Shown: in pieces, positions 49,707-61,523 of the stretch
Position numbering within the stretch: the first letter of the stretch is position 1
Layout of the letters: each line of letters opens with the position of its first letter
NCBI GenBank assembly: GCA_965661545.1
Contig: CBFIEF010000006.1
Span: 17,522-81,521, forward strand
Origin: Alphaproteobacteria bacterium
GTDB taxonomy: Bacteria; Pseudomonadota; Alphaproteobacteria; UBA7985
Direction of reading: 5' to 3'
Length of the DNA stretch: 64,000 nt
Position numbers and translations under genes: made by a program
The notes under the pieces: model-generated
What the model saw: only the letters and a program-made list of their open reading frames with translations
What the model was told of the DNA's origin: nothing
Database searches by the model: none

Positions 49707-50735
49707 CTAGATGATCTTCATTTCGACCAGTTTTTCCGCGATCTGAACGGCGTTCAGCGCTGCGCCTTTGCGCAGGTTGTCCGCTACGCACCAGAACGCC
49801 AAACCATTCTCGGTGGTTGCGTCTTCGCGGATGCGGGAGACATAAACAGCGTCTTCGCCAGCGGCTTCCTTGGGTGTGACATAGCCCTCATCTTGGCGAT
49901 GATCGACAACGATGCAGCCTTCTTGCGCGGAAAACGCCTCGCGGGCTTCTGCGGTTGTGATTGGATTTTCGAACTCGACGTTGGCTGAAACCGCATGTGA
50001 GATGAACACGGGAACGCGGACACAAGTTGCGGCCAGCTTGATCTTCGGATCAAGGATCTTCTTCGTCTCCGCCATCATCTTCCACTCTTCTTTAGTGGAG
50101 CCATCATCCATGAATGAGTCGATGTGCGGGATGCAGTTAAAGGCGATTTCCTTGGTCAATTGCTCAGGCATCACTGGCTCGTTCACGTAGATGCCGCGCG
50201 TCTGGCGGAACAGCTCGTCCATTGCTTCCTTACCCGCGCCAGAGACCGACTGGTAAGTCGAGCAGACAACGCGCGTGATTTTGGCCGCATCGTGCAAAGG
50301 CTTAAGCGCCACCATCAACTGGATCGTGGAGCAATTTGGGTTTGCGATGATGTTTTTGCGGTTGGCTTTCGCGGCCCAAGGTTCGAGCGCCTCAGCGTTA
50401 ACCTCAGGAACGATCAGGGGACAGTCTGGGTCCATGCGGAAGTGGGAGGTATTGTCGATAACAATACAGCCCGCCGCCGCAGCCTTTGGAGCGTATTCCG
50501 CAGAAACGGCCCCACCTGGCGAAAACAGCGCGATGTCCACACCATTGAAATCAAACTTGGAGAGATTTTCAATCTTGAGGATCTTGTCTTCGCCAAAGCT
50601 AACCTCCTGGCCGGCAGAGCGGCTGGAAGCGACTGCGTGGACTTTGTCCACGGGGAACTGCCGTTCGTCGAGGATAGACAGGATCTCGCGACCCACGTTG
50701 CCGGACGCGCCGACGACTGCAACCGTATAACCCAT
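49707..50735 (-). CDS. asd: Aspartate-semialdehyde dehydrogenase
   Basis: VVGASGNVG, IANPNCST, TYQSVSGAG, CVRVPV, DNLRKGAALN. Confidence 0.98.
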   Translation of the reverse strand: MGYTVAVVGASGNVGREILSILDERQFPVDKVHAVASSRSAGQEVSFGEDKILKIENLSKFDFNGVDIALFSPGGAVSAEYAPKAAAAGCIVIDNTSHFRMDPDCPLIVPEVNAEALEPWAAKANRKNIIANPNCSTIQLMVALKPLHDAAKITRVVCSTYQSVSGAGKEAMDELFRQTRGIYVNEPVMPEQLTKEIAFNCIPHIDSFMDDGSTKEEWKMMAETKKILDPKIKLAATCVRVPVFISHAVSANVEFENPITTAEAREAFSAQEGCIVVDHRQDEGYVTPKEAAGEDAVYVSRIREDATTENGLAFWCVADNLRKGAALNAVQIAEKLVEMKII

Positions 50736-50752
50736 GATGCGTAGTTCCTCGA

Positions 50753-51865
50753 TTAACCAGAGATTGTCTTGGAAAGCTCAGCCAGAACGGCGTCGCCCAT
50801 GCCGGTACAGCTTGTGAGCGTGGAGTCTGCGGACATGATGTCGCCTGTCCGGACGCCAGAGCCGAGAACCCGGTCAACTGCCGCTTCAAGCAAATCGGCA
50901 TCATCGCCACGATCCAGCGAGTAACGCAGGGCCATCGCGAAAGACAGGATACACGCCAGTGGGTTGGCTTTGTTCTGACCCGCGATGTCAGGCGCGGAAC
51001 CGTGTACAGGCTCATAAAGCGCATGAGATTTGCCGGTGCTCTCATCTTTCGCACCCAGGGATGCGGACGGCAGCATGCCCAGGGAGCCGGTCAGCATGGC
51101 CGCGACGTCTGAAAGCATGTCCCCGAACAGGTTATCTGTGACGATCACGTCAAACTGTTTTGGCGCACGGACCAGCTGCATGCCGCAGTTATCGGCGAGG
51201 ATGTGGTCGAGTTGCACGTCGGCAAATTCATTGTCCCGGACCCACTGCACTTCCTCTTTCCAAAGGATGCCAGATTCCATGACGTTGTTTTTCTCGGACG
51301 AATGAACGCGATTTCCACGCTTGCGGGCCAAGTCAAAGGCAACGCGGGCAACGCGGCGAATCTCGTAGGTGTCGTAAACCTGCGTGTTGATGCCGCGACG
51401 TTCGCCATTGGGCAGATCGCTAATGCCACGCGGTTCGCCGAAGTATACGCCGCCCGTAAGCTCGCGAACAATCATGATGTCCAAGCCGGCCACCAGCTCT
51501 TTCTTCAGCGAGGACGCTTCAGAGAGTGCATCGAAGCAAATTGCGGGACGCAGATTGGCGAACAGCTCGAGGTCTTTGCGCAAGCGCAGCAGACCGCGCT
51601 CAGGGCGTAAGGAGAAGTCCAAAGTGTCGTACTGCGGACCACCCACAGCGCCGAACAGAACACATTCAGCGTCAAACGCTTTATCCATGATCGCATCGGT
51701 GATGGGCGCGCCATAGGCGTCGTATGCGGAGCCACCAACCTTGTCTTCGGTGATGTTCACGTCCAGGCCGCGATTGTCGCCAAACCAATCGATGGTGCGC
51801 CGAACCTGTGTCATCACCTCCTGACCGATACCGTCACCGGGGAGAACGAGGATGTTGTGAGCCAT
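50753..51865 (-). CDS. leuB: 3-isopropylmalate dehydrogenase
   Basis: [43 protein letters not shown]. Confidence 0.98.
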   Translation of the reverse strand: MAHNILVLPGDGIGQEVMTQVRRTIDWFGDNRGLDVNITEDKVGGSAYDAYGAPITDAIMDKAFDAECVLFGAVGGPQYDTLDFSLRPERGLLRLRKDLELFANLRPAICFDALSEASSLKKELVAGLDIMIVRELTGGVYFGEPRGISDLPNGERRGINTQVYDTYEIRRVARVAFDLARKRGNRVHSSEKNNVMESGILWKEEVQWVRDNEFADVQLDHILADNCGMQLVRAPKQFDVIVTDNLFGDMLSDVAAMLTGSLGMLPSASLGAKDESTGKSHALYEPVHGSAPDIAGQNKANPLACILSFAMALRYSLDRGDDADLLEAAVDRVLGSGVRTGDIMSADSTLTSCTGMGDAVLAELSKTISG

Positions 51866-52061
51866 GTTTTTTGGTCCTTACGTGAAAACCTAAATCTATC
51901 CTTTTGGTGTATTGCCATGGGGGGAGAGTGTCCACGGGTGCAGCCTTGTCATTGCGGCTGGCCAGCGGCGTTCCATACGCAACGCGACTAAACTCTACGA
52001 TTGTGACATTCGCGCATAACTCCCTGATTTTGGGTAGATTATGAGAGAATAATTTGTCATT

Positions 52062-52892
52062 ATGCGCCCGCTTTCGGGGATGGGAGTTACGAGGAGCACG
52101 CGCGTGCCGTACCTAAAGAAATTGGCAGTGATTTGGCTGATCGCTTTCACTGCCCTGGGCGTTCCAATCGGTGCGCAAGCACAGCAAGATGGCAGCGGCG
52201 TTGCTTTGGCGAGTCTCAGAAACGCGCCGGGTGACTCGCCGTTGTTGGGCGAGAACGTTGAGTTTTCGCTGCAGGTGATCCATTCCGTCAAATTCTCGCT
52301 CACCGCCGAGCGTTGCTACTATCAGTTCTTCGTTGACGCTTTGGGCTCCAGTCCTCTGTCCGAAGTTCGCTTTGACATCGAGCTGGCCCACGAGGGGCGG
52401 ATCGTGGCCAAAACGCAGGCTACGGTCGCTGATCTGGACGGACGGAGGGTGTCAAAGCGCATCCGTGAGTTTGCCTTTGATGGACCATGCCAACTCGATG
52501 GCATTCGCATCGTCGAAGCCGTCGGTTCATTCGAGAATCCGGGTTTAACCGCGGTTTTGAATGTGAACCTGTTTGAGCGCAACGCCGTTTCAACACAGGA
52601 ATTTGAGCCTCTGGATATTGCCCTGGGTCTCACGTCGCGCCTTCCTGGCGCGGCTTTGGCGGAGGTGCCGGAGGCCTCAGGCCTGAACAGTTTGGAACGA
52701 GGGTGCATCGTTCGTGCATCAAACCTTCGCACCGGTCCGGGCACTGAATTCAATATCGTAACGATCCTCGAACCGGGGATGTCGGTTTTCGTCGAAAAGC
52801 GGACGGGAGACGGCACTTGGAATCGGGTACGCACACAATTTGGCCGTCAAGGCTGGATTTACTATACGCTGCTTGGAAGTTGTCCAAGCTAG
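52062..52892 (+). CDS. Exported protein with C-terminal bacterial SH3 domain
   Basis: Signal peptide ending AQA; C-terminal NLRTGPGTEF...WNRVRT..GRQGWI; start uncertain. Confidence 0.8.
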   Translation: MRPLSGMGVTRSTRVPYLKKLAVIWLIAFTALGVPIGAQAQQDGSGVALASLRNAPGDSPLLGENVEFSLQVIHSVKFSLTAERCYYQFFVDALGSSPLSEVRFDIELAHEGRIVAKTQATVADLDGRRVSKRIREFAFDGPCQLDGIRIVEAVGSFENPGLTAVLNVNLFERNAVSTQEFEPLDIALGLTSRLPGAALAEVPEASGLNSLERGCIVRASNLRTGPGTEFNIVTILEPGMSVFVEKRTGDGTWNRVRTQFGRQGWIYYTLLGSCPS

Positions 52893-52914
52893 CGGCTTTG
52901 GAAAGGACTAAAAG

Positions 52915-53175
52915 ATGCCTACAATCAAAAAGGGTTTAACCTTCGGTGCGGCTGCAACGGCGGTTTTGGCTTTGGCGGCTTGTGGTGGGGGCGATCAACG
53001 CCTTTGCACCGAAGCCAATTGGTACCAGACTGGCGTCTATCATGCCCAACAAGGGTATGAGAACCGCTTGGAAAAGCTCCAAGGCATCTGTGCTGATATT
53101 GGCATTGTGCCGCAGGCATCTGAATATTCCCGAGGCTATGCCCAAGGGCCAACCTTGCCTCGTTTACAACTATAG
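52915..53175 (+). CDS. Small lipoprotein, DUF2799-like
   Basis: Lipobox LAAC; C...NWYQTG...QG...C...YSRGYAQG pattern. Confidence 0.75.
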   Translation: MPTIKKGLTFGAAATAVLALAACGGGDQRLCTEANWYQTGVYHAQQGYENRLEKLQGICADIGIVPQASEYSRGYAQGPTLPRLQL

Positions 53176-53186
53176 GAACGCGGATC

Positions 53187-53660
53187 ATGCGCCTTCGTCT
53201 TTTTGGTTTCATCTTTTCGACGCTGGCGGCTTTGATCCTTCCCGGCTGTGCTGCGGCACAACTCTACATGAGTGGATCCGCAGGTGCTTACAGCAATTTG
53301 GAAAGCGACGGCCTCGCTGGACGGTTTGCGCTTGGTGCCGCACCCCTTGATTGGATCAAGGTGGAGGGGGCTGCGTTGGCGTCAGGGCATAACGAAGCCT
53401 GTTGTTCTATCGCGCTGGATGCGACAGGTTGGCTCACGGTTATGGGGGTTGGCCCCTTTAGCCTTGGGCTTGGCGGAGGTGGAGGCGTGGTCTCCTACGT
53501 TGATATCGACGATCCGAGCCAAGACTATGATTGGACGCCCTACTTCATATCCGGTGTCGAAGCAGAGTTTGAGCTGACGCGACACTTTGCTTTCTTCGGC
53601 CGAGGTGAACTGGGCCTTGGAGAATTACGTGGATACGCAGGCATCAAACTCGGCTTTTAG
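53187..53660 (+). CDS. Small outer-membrane beta-barrel-like protein
   Basis: Signal peptide, alternating beta-strand pattern, C-terminal YAGIKLGF BAM-type signal. Confidence 0.6.
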   Translation: MRLRLFGFIFSTLAALILPGCAAAQLYMSGSAGAYSNLESDGLAGRFALGAAPLDWIKVEGAALASGHNEACCSIALDATGWLTVMGVGPFSLGLGGGGGVVSYVDIDDPSQDYDWTPYFISGVEAEFELTRHFAFFGRGELGLGELRGYAGIKLGF

Positions 53661-54666
53661 TACTCTTCTTGAAGAACGTGGCGCACTGCTCGCCGATGGC
53701 GCAACAGGAACCAACCTGTTTGCCATGGGTTTGGAAAGCGGCGAGGCACCTGAGGCCTGGTTGCTGGAGCATCCGGATCGTGTTCAGGCACTGCATCAAT
53801 CATTTGTTGATGCGGGCAGCGATCTCTTCCTAACCAACACCTTTGGCGGCACTAAGCACCGTCTGAAACTGCACGGGTTAGAGGGGCAAGTCACGTCCCT
53901 GAACCGCACCGCGGCACGACTAGCGCGAGAAGTCGCGGACAACGCCGAGCGACCGGTTTTGGTCGCCGGGTCCGTCGGTCCAACCGGCGAACTTCTGTCC
54001 CCGCTAGGAAGTCTCGAAAAGGCTGATGCTGTCACCAGTTTCAAAGAGCAAATCGAAGGGTTGGTCGACGGTGGTATTGATCTGGTCTGGATCGAAACCA
54101 TCTCCGCACCAGATGAGCTGGAAGCGGCAGCAGAAGCCGCGCGCTCTTTCGATATTCCTGTATGCGCGACAATGAGCTTTGACAGCGCAGGCCGCACCAT
54201 GATGGGCCTGACACCCCGCGCCTTTGCCAGTCTCGCTGAGGACTTCAATCTCGACGGTTTTGGCGCAAACTGTGGTGTGGGCGCGTCTGATTTGATGAGC
54301 TCGGTGCTTGGCTTTGCCGATGCGCAGCCCACCGCGCCAATCATCGCCAAAGCCAATTGCGGCATTCCGAGTTACGAGGACGGCAAAATTGTTTACAGCG
54401 GCACGGTCGAGCAAATGGCCGCCTACGCCCAACTCGCGCGCGCTGCTGGCGCCAAGATCATTGGCGGCTGTTGCGGCACCAAGGCTGAGCACATCGCCGC
54501 GATGCGCAAGGCATTAGACGAGAACGACCAGCCGGATTTCCGCGTTTTGGCGATTGAATTGGCCTTGGGGAAAATGTCTGACGGCGCCCGTCAGATTGCC
54601 ATTGGCCAAGATGCACTCAAGCACTCCACCCGTCGCAGCGGCAGCAACCGCCGACGCAAGGGCTGA
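53629..54666 (+). CDS. bmt: Stand-alone homocysteine S-methyltransferase (Bmt type)
   Basis: LLADGATGTNL, LTNTFGG, GSVGPTG, GRTMMG, GANCG, IIGGCCGT; GTG start after GGAG. Confidence 0.88.
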   Translation: MDTQASNSAFSTLLEERGALLADGATGTNLFAMGLESGEAPEAWLLEHPDRVQALHQSFVDAGSDLFLTNTFGGTKHRLKLHGLEGQVTSLNRTAARLAREVADNAERPVLVAGSVGPTGELLSPLGSLEKADAVTSFKEQIEGLVDGGIDLVWIETISAPDELEAAAEAARSFDIPVCATMSFDSAGRTMMGLTPRAFASLAEDFNLDGFGANCGVGASDLMSSVLGFADAQPTAPIIAKANCGIPSYEDGKIVYSGTVEQMAAYAQLARAAGAKIIGGCCGTKAEHIAAMRKALDENDQPDFRVLAIELALGKMSDGARQIAIGQDALKHSTRRSGSNRRRKG

Positions 54667-54671
54667 TCGAG

Positions 54672-57547
<2,876 letters not shown>

Positions 57548-57582
57548 TCAATCTCCTCGATAGCGTCACGCCCATCATCGAA

Positions 57583-58086
57583 TTAGCGCGAGAATATATT
57601 TCGACTTAGTCCAAAAATACTCAAACCCAATAGAGGTAAGACAGCAAGCAGATGCCACGTCGCCATGGATAATCCAGGCCAAATAATTGTGGGTTTTGAG
57701 CAGTCTGGTCTCTCCAGTGCGAAGAGTTGGTCAGGAGAAGACATTTTTTCAACCAATCCGCCACAGGCCATTGGGCCTTTCCACCAGCCGTATTCCACGC
57801 CGATGTGCTTTGCCGCAAGGAATACGGCTGCCCCCATCGTCACCGTTGCGACGACATAAAATGCCTTGCGATAGATCGCATAGAGGCTGGGCAGGAACTG
57901 ACCTACGAAGAACATAACGACCGTCGGGACCAGAAAAAACAACAACACGTAGTGCGGGACGCGTTGCTGCAAACACAGAATACAGGGTAGCAAGCCAGCC
58001 CACTGATACGCCCATGCCGACCCGACGACAGCAAGGGAGCCGAGGTGGATCAGGCCGGGTAATAGCAATGACGAAAACCGTGTCAT
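57583..58086 (-). CDS. Disulfide bond formation protein DsbB family
   Basis: PCILCLQQR, HIGVEYGWW.GP..C, PDC...GLSMATW; four TM segments. Confidence 0.88.
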   Translation of the reverse strand: MTRFSSLLLPGLIHLGSLAVVGSAWAYQWAGLLPCILCLQQRVPHYVLLFFLVPTVVMFFVGQFLPSLYAIYRKAFYVVATVTMGAAVFLAAKHIGVEYGWWKGPMACGGLVEKMSSPDQLFALERPDCSKPTIIWPGLSMATWHLLAVLPLLGLSIFGLSRNIFSR

Positions 58087-58200
58087 AGAACGTCTCTCCG
58101 CTCACGCAGTAAATTTAACGGCACCATCCCCCTGAAGAGGATGCTAACGCGGCCTTCCTTAGCGCGATTTCCCACTTGTCGCTGTAAAAAAAGGTTTTTC

Positions 58201-60435
58201 TCACTGAGGTTTGATGCCGCCTGGGGACCACCGCGATGCCTGCGTTTGAGGCGTTTGGCGTTTGTCAGGCAGGACAAAGCGATTGTCGCCTGCGGGGAAG
58301 CGCTGACACGGCCGCTTCTCTGCGCCAATCAGGCGCTTTGAGCGAAGTGAGATGGTTAGGTCGTATCGCCGAGGGTTCGACTTCCAAAGGGTCCGCACAT
58401 CGGTCTCAGCACGAGTTAAGCGCGCTCGCAAAGCCTCGTCGCTCAAGCCGGCCGCACTTGAGTAGTCTATGATCAGGCGGGAGGGGCCCTGATCGAGCAC
58501 CTGCATCAAGCTGGCAAGCGTGCTGGGCCAAGACGGGTGAAAGCGGGAACCGGTTTTACCATCGAAAAAGGTGCAGTCCCCGATGTTCAACATAACTTCA
58601 CGGGACAGGCGGGCACCAAAGTTGGCTTTGGCGATCTTTCCCCGCGTTACACGCACAACACGCGGGTTCTCGCTGGTCATTTTATAACCAGCCGGCAAGG
58701 TGCGTTCGTCCAACTTGAGCACGAGATTTCTACCGGCGCCGTTTGGAACCAGCTCGCACGGCAGGTGGAAGCGTCCGTGTTCATCAGTCTTGATAAGCAG
58801 TCCACTATGCTCGCCTAGCCGAGCGGCGGCGATGCCTGGTTCTCCGGGGTCGGGGAGACCATTCGAGTTATCGTCTTTGAAAACCCGTCCAATCACCGTT
58901 GTGCAGCCCAACTGCTGATCCTGCCGCAGCTCAAAAGGCAGGGCAGCGAGGTTGGAAAATACCTGAGTGGTACCATAATTTGCGACGGCAAAGGCCAAGT
59001 TGCGGTGCGTGCCAACATCAAGCCCAATGGTCGCTAAAGTGCTGAAATCCACTTCCCTGGTTTCGCCCGGTTCCAGCAGAAGATTTGGCCAATGAATCAC
59101 AGCGCTAAGATCGTCGGCGCTCATGCCCGGATGCCGCACGGGGGTTGCATCGGTATCACTGGGGGCCCCCAGTTGTCCGCCCGTCCTGAGGTTCAGCCTG
59201 CTTGGATCAACCGCGAGGCCAACTGGGAGAATATCCAGCAAAGTCGCCGAAACGGCTGTATTCGACCTGTTTTCAACGGACAGGGTCCAACGGACGACAT
59301 CGCCCGTGGAAAACCGTGTTTGGTTCGCCGACTTTGTTACCCACAGCTGGATAATCGCGCCGGCCTCGGGGTCCAGATAGTCTGGGCGACCATCACCATC
59401 ACGGTCATCGTCGCATGGTGTGCCGGACTGATCCCAATCCTCGTCACGGGTCGGAATGCCATCACCATCGTCATCGGGATCGAGGTAGTCGGGAACCCCG
59501 TCGTTATCGCTGTCATCCGGGCCTTGTCCGTCGTTGTTTGAGTCCCATTCCTTGTGGTTGGGCACGCTGTCATTGTCGGTATCTTCTTCACCCGACAAGC
59601 GCAGGGCAAATGTCAGCGCGAGATAGGTGCGCGGTTCGAGCAAGCGGGCGGTGACAGAGCCGCTGGCGCTGGTGGAAAGGCTGCCTGCTTGACCGTCCAG
59701 ATCCACCCAACGATCGCCGTCCCAGCCGGCTAGCGTCAGGTTATCCAATGTTGCCCCGGGGGTGCTTTGGAGCAAGAGATCGATGCGGCTAGAGGCTTCA
59801 TATATGGGTGAAATATCAATGAGACTGTCCGCCCAAACCCGCCAGTACTCGCGGTCTGACACAGCCACGAGCAAGTTTTCCTGCTGCGGGCCGAAGTCTA
59901 ACTGTCCGTTGCGCCAAAAATAGTGTGCATCCACATCACTCGCAGTTTGATCCGCCGCTAACCCCACCAATCCACGATAGGTTTCGCCGCCTTGGATATC
60001 GCCCGTCGGGAAGACAAAATCTCCACCACCAACGCGCCGCACAGGGCCGTCGATGACACTATCAACGTCACCGCCATCGAGGATGGCACTGGGGTTAATG
60101 GATTGCGCGGTTGAGAGAAAGATGGTGTGAAAGTCTGGACGCTCGATCGGCGTTTCTGCGGCGCGCAGCCACCCGCCGTGCAGAGTGCCGCCCGTCTCAT
60201 CAATGACTCCCTGCACAAAATGCAGATCGCCAGAAATGAGTAAGGTTCCCTGATTAATGGTGCGCTGAGTGCTGTCATCCTGAATGAAATCGCCATTAAT
60301 CATGACGATCTCATCAGTTGAGATAAACAAACTGCCCGTATTAATGACCTGAGCCTGCGATTGCTGAACGGTCATCGTCAGGCTCGTCAACATTGCCGCT
60401 GCCAGTCGAAAGGGCAAAGCAAACCAATTTTTCAT
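58201..60435 (-). CDS. Exported multidomain protein: Bacteroidota-like N-domain, Ca-binding repeats, DUF11 and SdrD-B-like / C-terminal domain
   Basis: Signal peptide ending SQA; IDGPVRRVG...FVFPTGD, VSDREYW, AGWDGDRWVDL; DxDxDG repeats; VTKSAN..GDVVRWTLSVEN; IGRVFKDDNSNG..DPGEPGI, TDEHGRFH, LKLDERTLP, ENPRVVRVTRG. Confidence 0.75.
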   Translation of the reverse strand: MKNWFALPFRLAAAMLTSLTMTVQQSQAQVINTGSLFISTDEIVMINGDFIQDDSTQRTINQGTLLISGDLHFVQGVIDETGGTLHGGWLRAAETPIERPDFHTIFLSTAQSINPSAILDGGDVDSVIDGPVRRVGGGDFVFPTGDIQGGETYRGLVGLAADQTASDVDAHYFWRNGQLDFGPQQENLLVAVSDREYWRVWADSLIDISPIYEASSRIDLLLQSTPGATLDNLTLAGWDGDRWVDLDGQAGSLSTSASGSVTARLLEPRTYLALTFALRLSGEEDTDNDSVPNHKEWDSNNDGQGPDDSDNDGVPDYLDPDDDGDGIPTRDEDWDQSGTPCDDDRDGDGRPDYLDPEAGAIIQLWVTKSANQTRFSTGDVVRWTLSVENRSNTAVSATLLDILPVGLAVDPSRLNLRTGGQLGAPSDTDATPVRHPGMSADDLSAVIHWPNLLLEPGETREVDFSTLATIGLDVGTHRNLAFAVANYGTTQVFSNLAALPFELRQDQQLGCTTVIGRVFKDDNSNGLPDPGEPGIAAARLGEHSGLLIKTDEHGRFHLPCELVPNGAGRNLVLKLDERTLPAGYKMTSENPRVVRVTRGKIAKANFGARLSREVMLNIGDCTFFDGKTGSRFHPSWPSTLASLMQVLDQGPSRLIIDYSSAAGLSDEALRARLTRAETDVRTLWKSNPRRYDLTISLRSKRLIGAEKRPCQRFPAGDNRFVLPDKRQTPQTQASRWSPGGIKPQ
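59368..59583 (-). repeat. Thrombospondin-type-3-like Asp-rich calcium-binding repeats (protein level)
   Basis: DTDNDSVPN, DSNNDG, DSDNDGVPDYLD, DDDGDGIP, DWDQSG, DRDGDGRPDYLD. Confidence 0.8.
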
Positions 60436-60461
60436 TGCTGTGTTCTGCCCTGATCAAGTGG

Positions 60462-61523
60462 CTAGCTTGGCGTGCAGCTGTGATTGGCTGCTACTGAAAT
60501 CCGACCTTTGAGCGACAACGCAGTCTCGGTGAAGCCATAGGCCCCAACGGGCACAATCGCGTAGCCGTGAGCGTCAAAGGAAACTGGGCCACGCGGCGAT
60601 TGCCAAGACAGCGCAACAACATTGTCGAATAGCGTCTCCCGCGTTCCCTTCATGGCCTTAACCAGTAAGTTACCGGCTTCGAAGCCCATGAGGCCTGCAA
60701 AGCTGGGGTCTTCTCCGATCCACGCGTTGAACGCGGTCTTGAACTTGGTCGCATCAACGGTGTCGGGGTTCCAAGCGGATAGAAGCGTCACCGAAGAAAG
60801 GGCACTTCGTGTGGTGTTGGACAATCGATCGTAGTCGATTTCTGACGTGGTAACGGCCTTTAAGTCGTCTGCGATTACGCCTTCAGCATAGGCGTTGAGG
60901 TAGCCATAGAGGGCTTCGCCTTCGAGATCGAAGTAAGCCCCATCCGCCTTAGTGACCCGCAGAATTGCGATTTCGTTGTTAAAATCGTCTTGGTTGGGCG
61001 TGGCAAAAGCGGCACCACCGAGTCCGCCAGTATAGGCGCGCTGAAAATCATCGAGGTTCTGCTTCCCCTCTTCGCCTTGCTTCACAAACGCAAAGGTACG
61101 CTGCGCATTCAAGCTGTTCATATAAAGCGCGGCGAGCCTTCCTAAGGCGACATCACCGGCAAGGTGGACGGTACGTTTGTCACATGAACCAGTCAGATCA
61201 GGACTGAGGTTGATGAGCAGCGGTCCGTCATCCGTACCGTTTAGCGCACCACCAGCCTCGGCAACGTTGGTGATGACAACATCAGCGCCCGTGTCAGCGA
61301 CAACCGTTGCCAAGGGTTGAGAGCCTGAATAGGCCACGGCATCCAAAACTTGAATGTCATCTTGGCCCCTGAGCGAAAGCGCTAAACCAGCTTGCACATG
61401 CTCGGACCAGCTCAGGTCCATCGTGCGCGATGGGTCAAAGATAACGGATACGGAAAGAGCATTTCCACTGCCTGGCAGTGCCAAAGCGCCCAAGGCCAAA
61501 ACGGCCAGCGACAGCATTTTCAT
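60462..61523 (-). CDS. Orphan periplasmic-binding-protein type I fold protein (LivJ/K-like, divergent)
   Basis: Signal peptide; DFNNEIAILRVTKADGAY, FKTAF, WQSPRGPVSFD typical of branched-chain SBPs; ATG overlaps upstream TGA; no permease nearby. Confidence 0.7.
   Translation of the reverse strand: MKMLSLAVLALGALALPGSGNALSVSVIFDPSRTMDLSWSEHVQAGLALSLRGQDDIQVLDAVAYSGSQPLATVVADTGADVVITNVAEAGGALNGTDDGPLLINLSPDLTGSCDKRTVHLAGDVALGRLAALYMNSLNAQRTFAFVKQGEEGKQNLDDFQRAYTGGLGGAAFATPNQDDFNNEIAILRVTKADGAYFDLEGEALYGYLNAYAEGVIADDLKAVTTSEIDYDRLSNTTRSALSSVTLLSAWNPDTVDATKFKTAFNAWIGEDPSFAGLMGFEAGNLLVKAMKGTRETLFDNVVALSWQSPRGPVSFDAHGYAIVPVGAYGFTETALSLKGRISVAANHSCTPS

Noticed and set aside
52012-52067. Inverted repeat GCGCATAA...TTATGCGC upstream of the SH3 gene
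   Set aside because: Only 8 bp with a long spacer; not enough to call a regulatory site or mobile element
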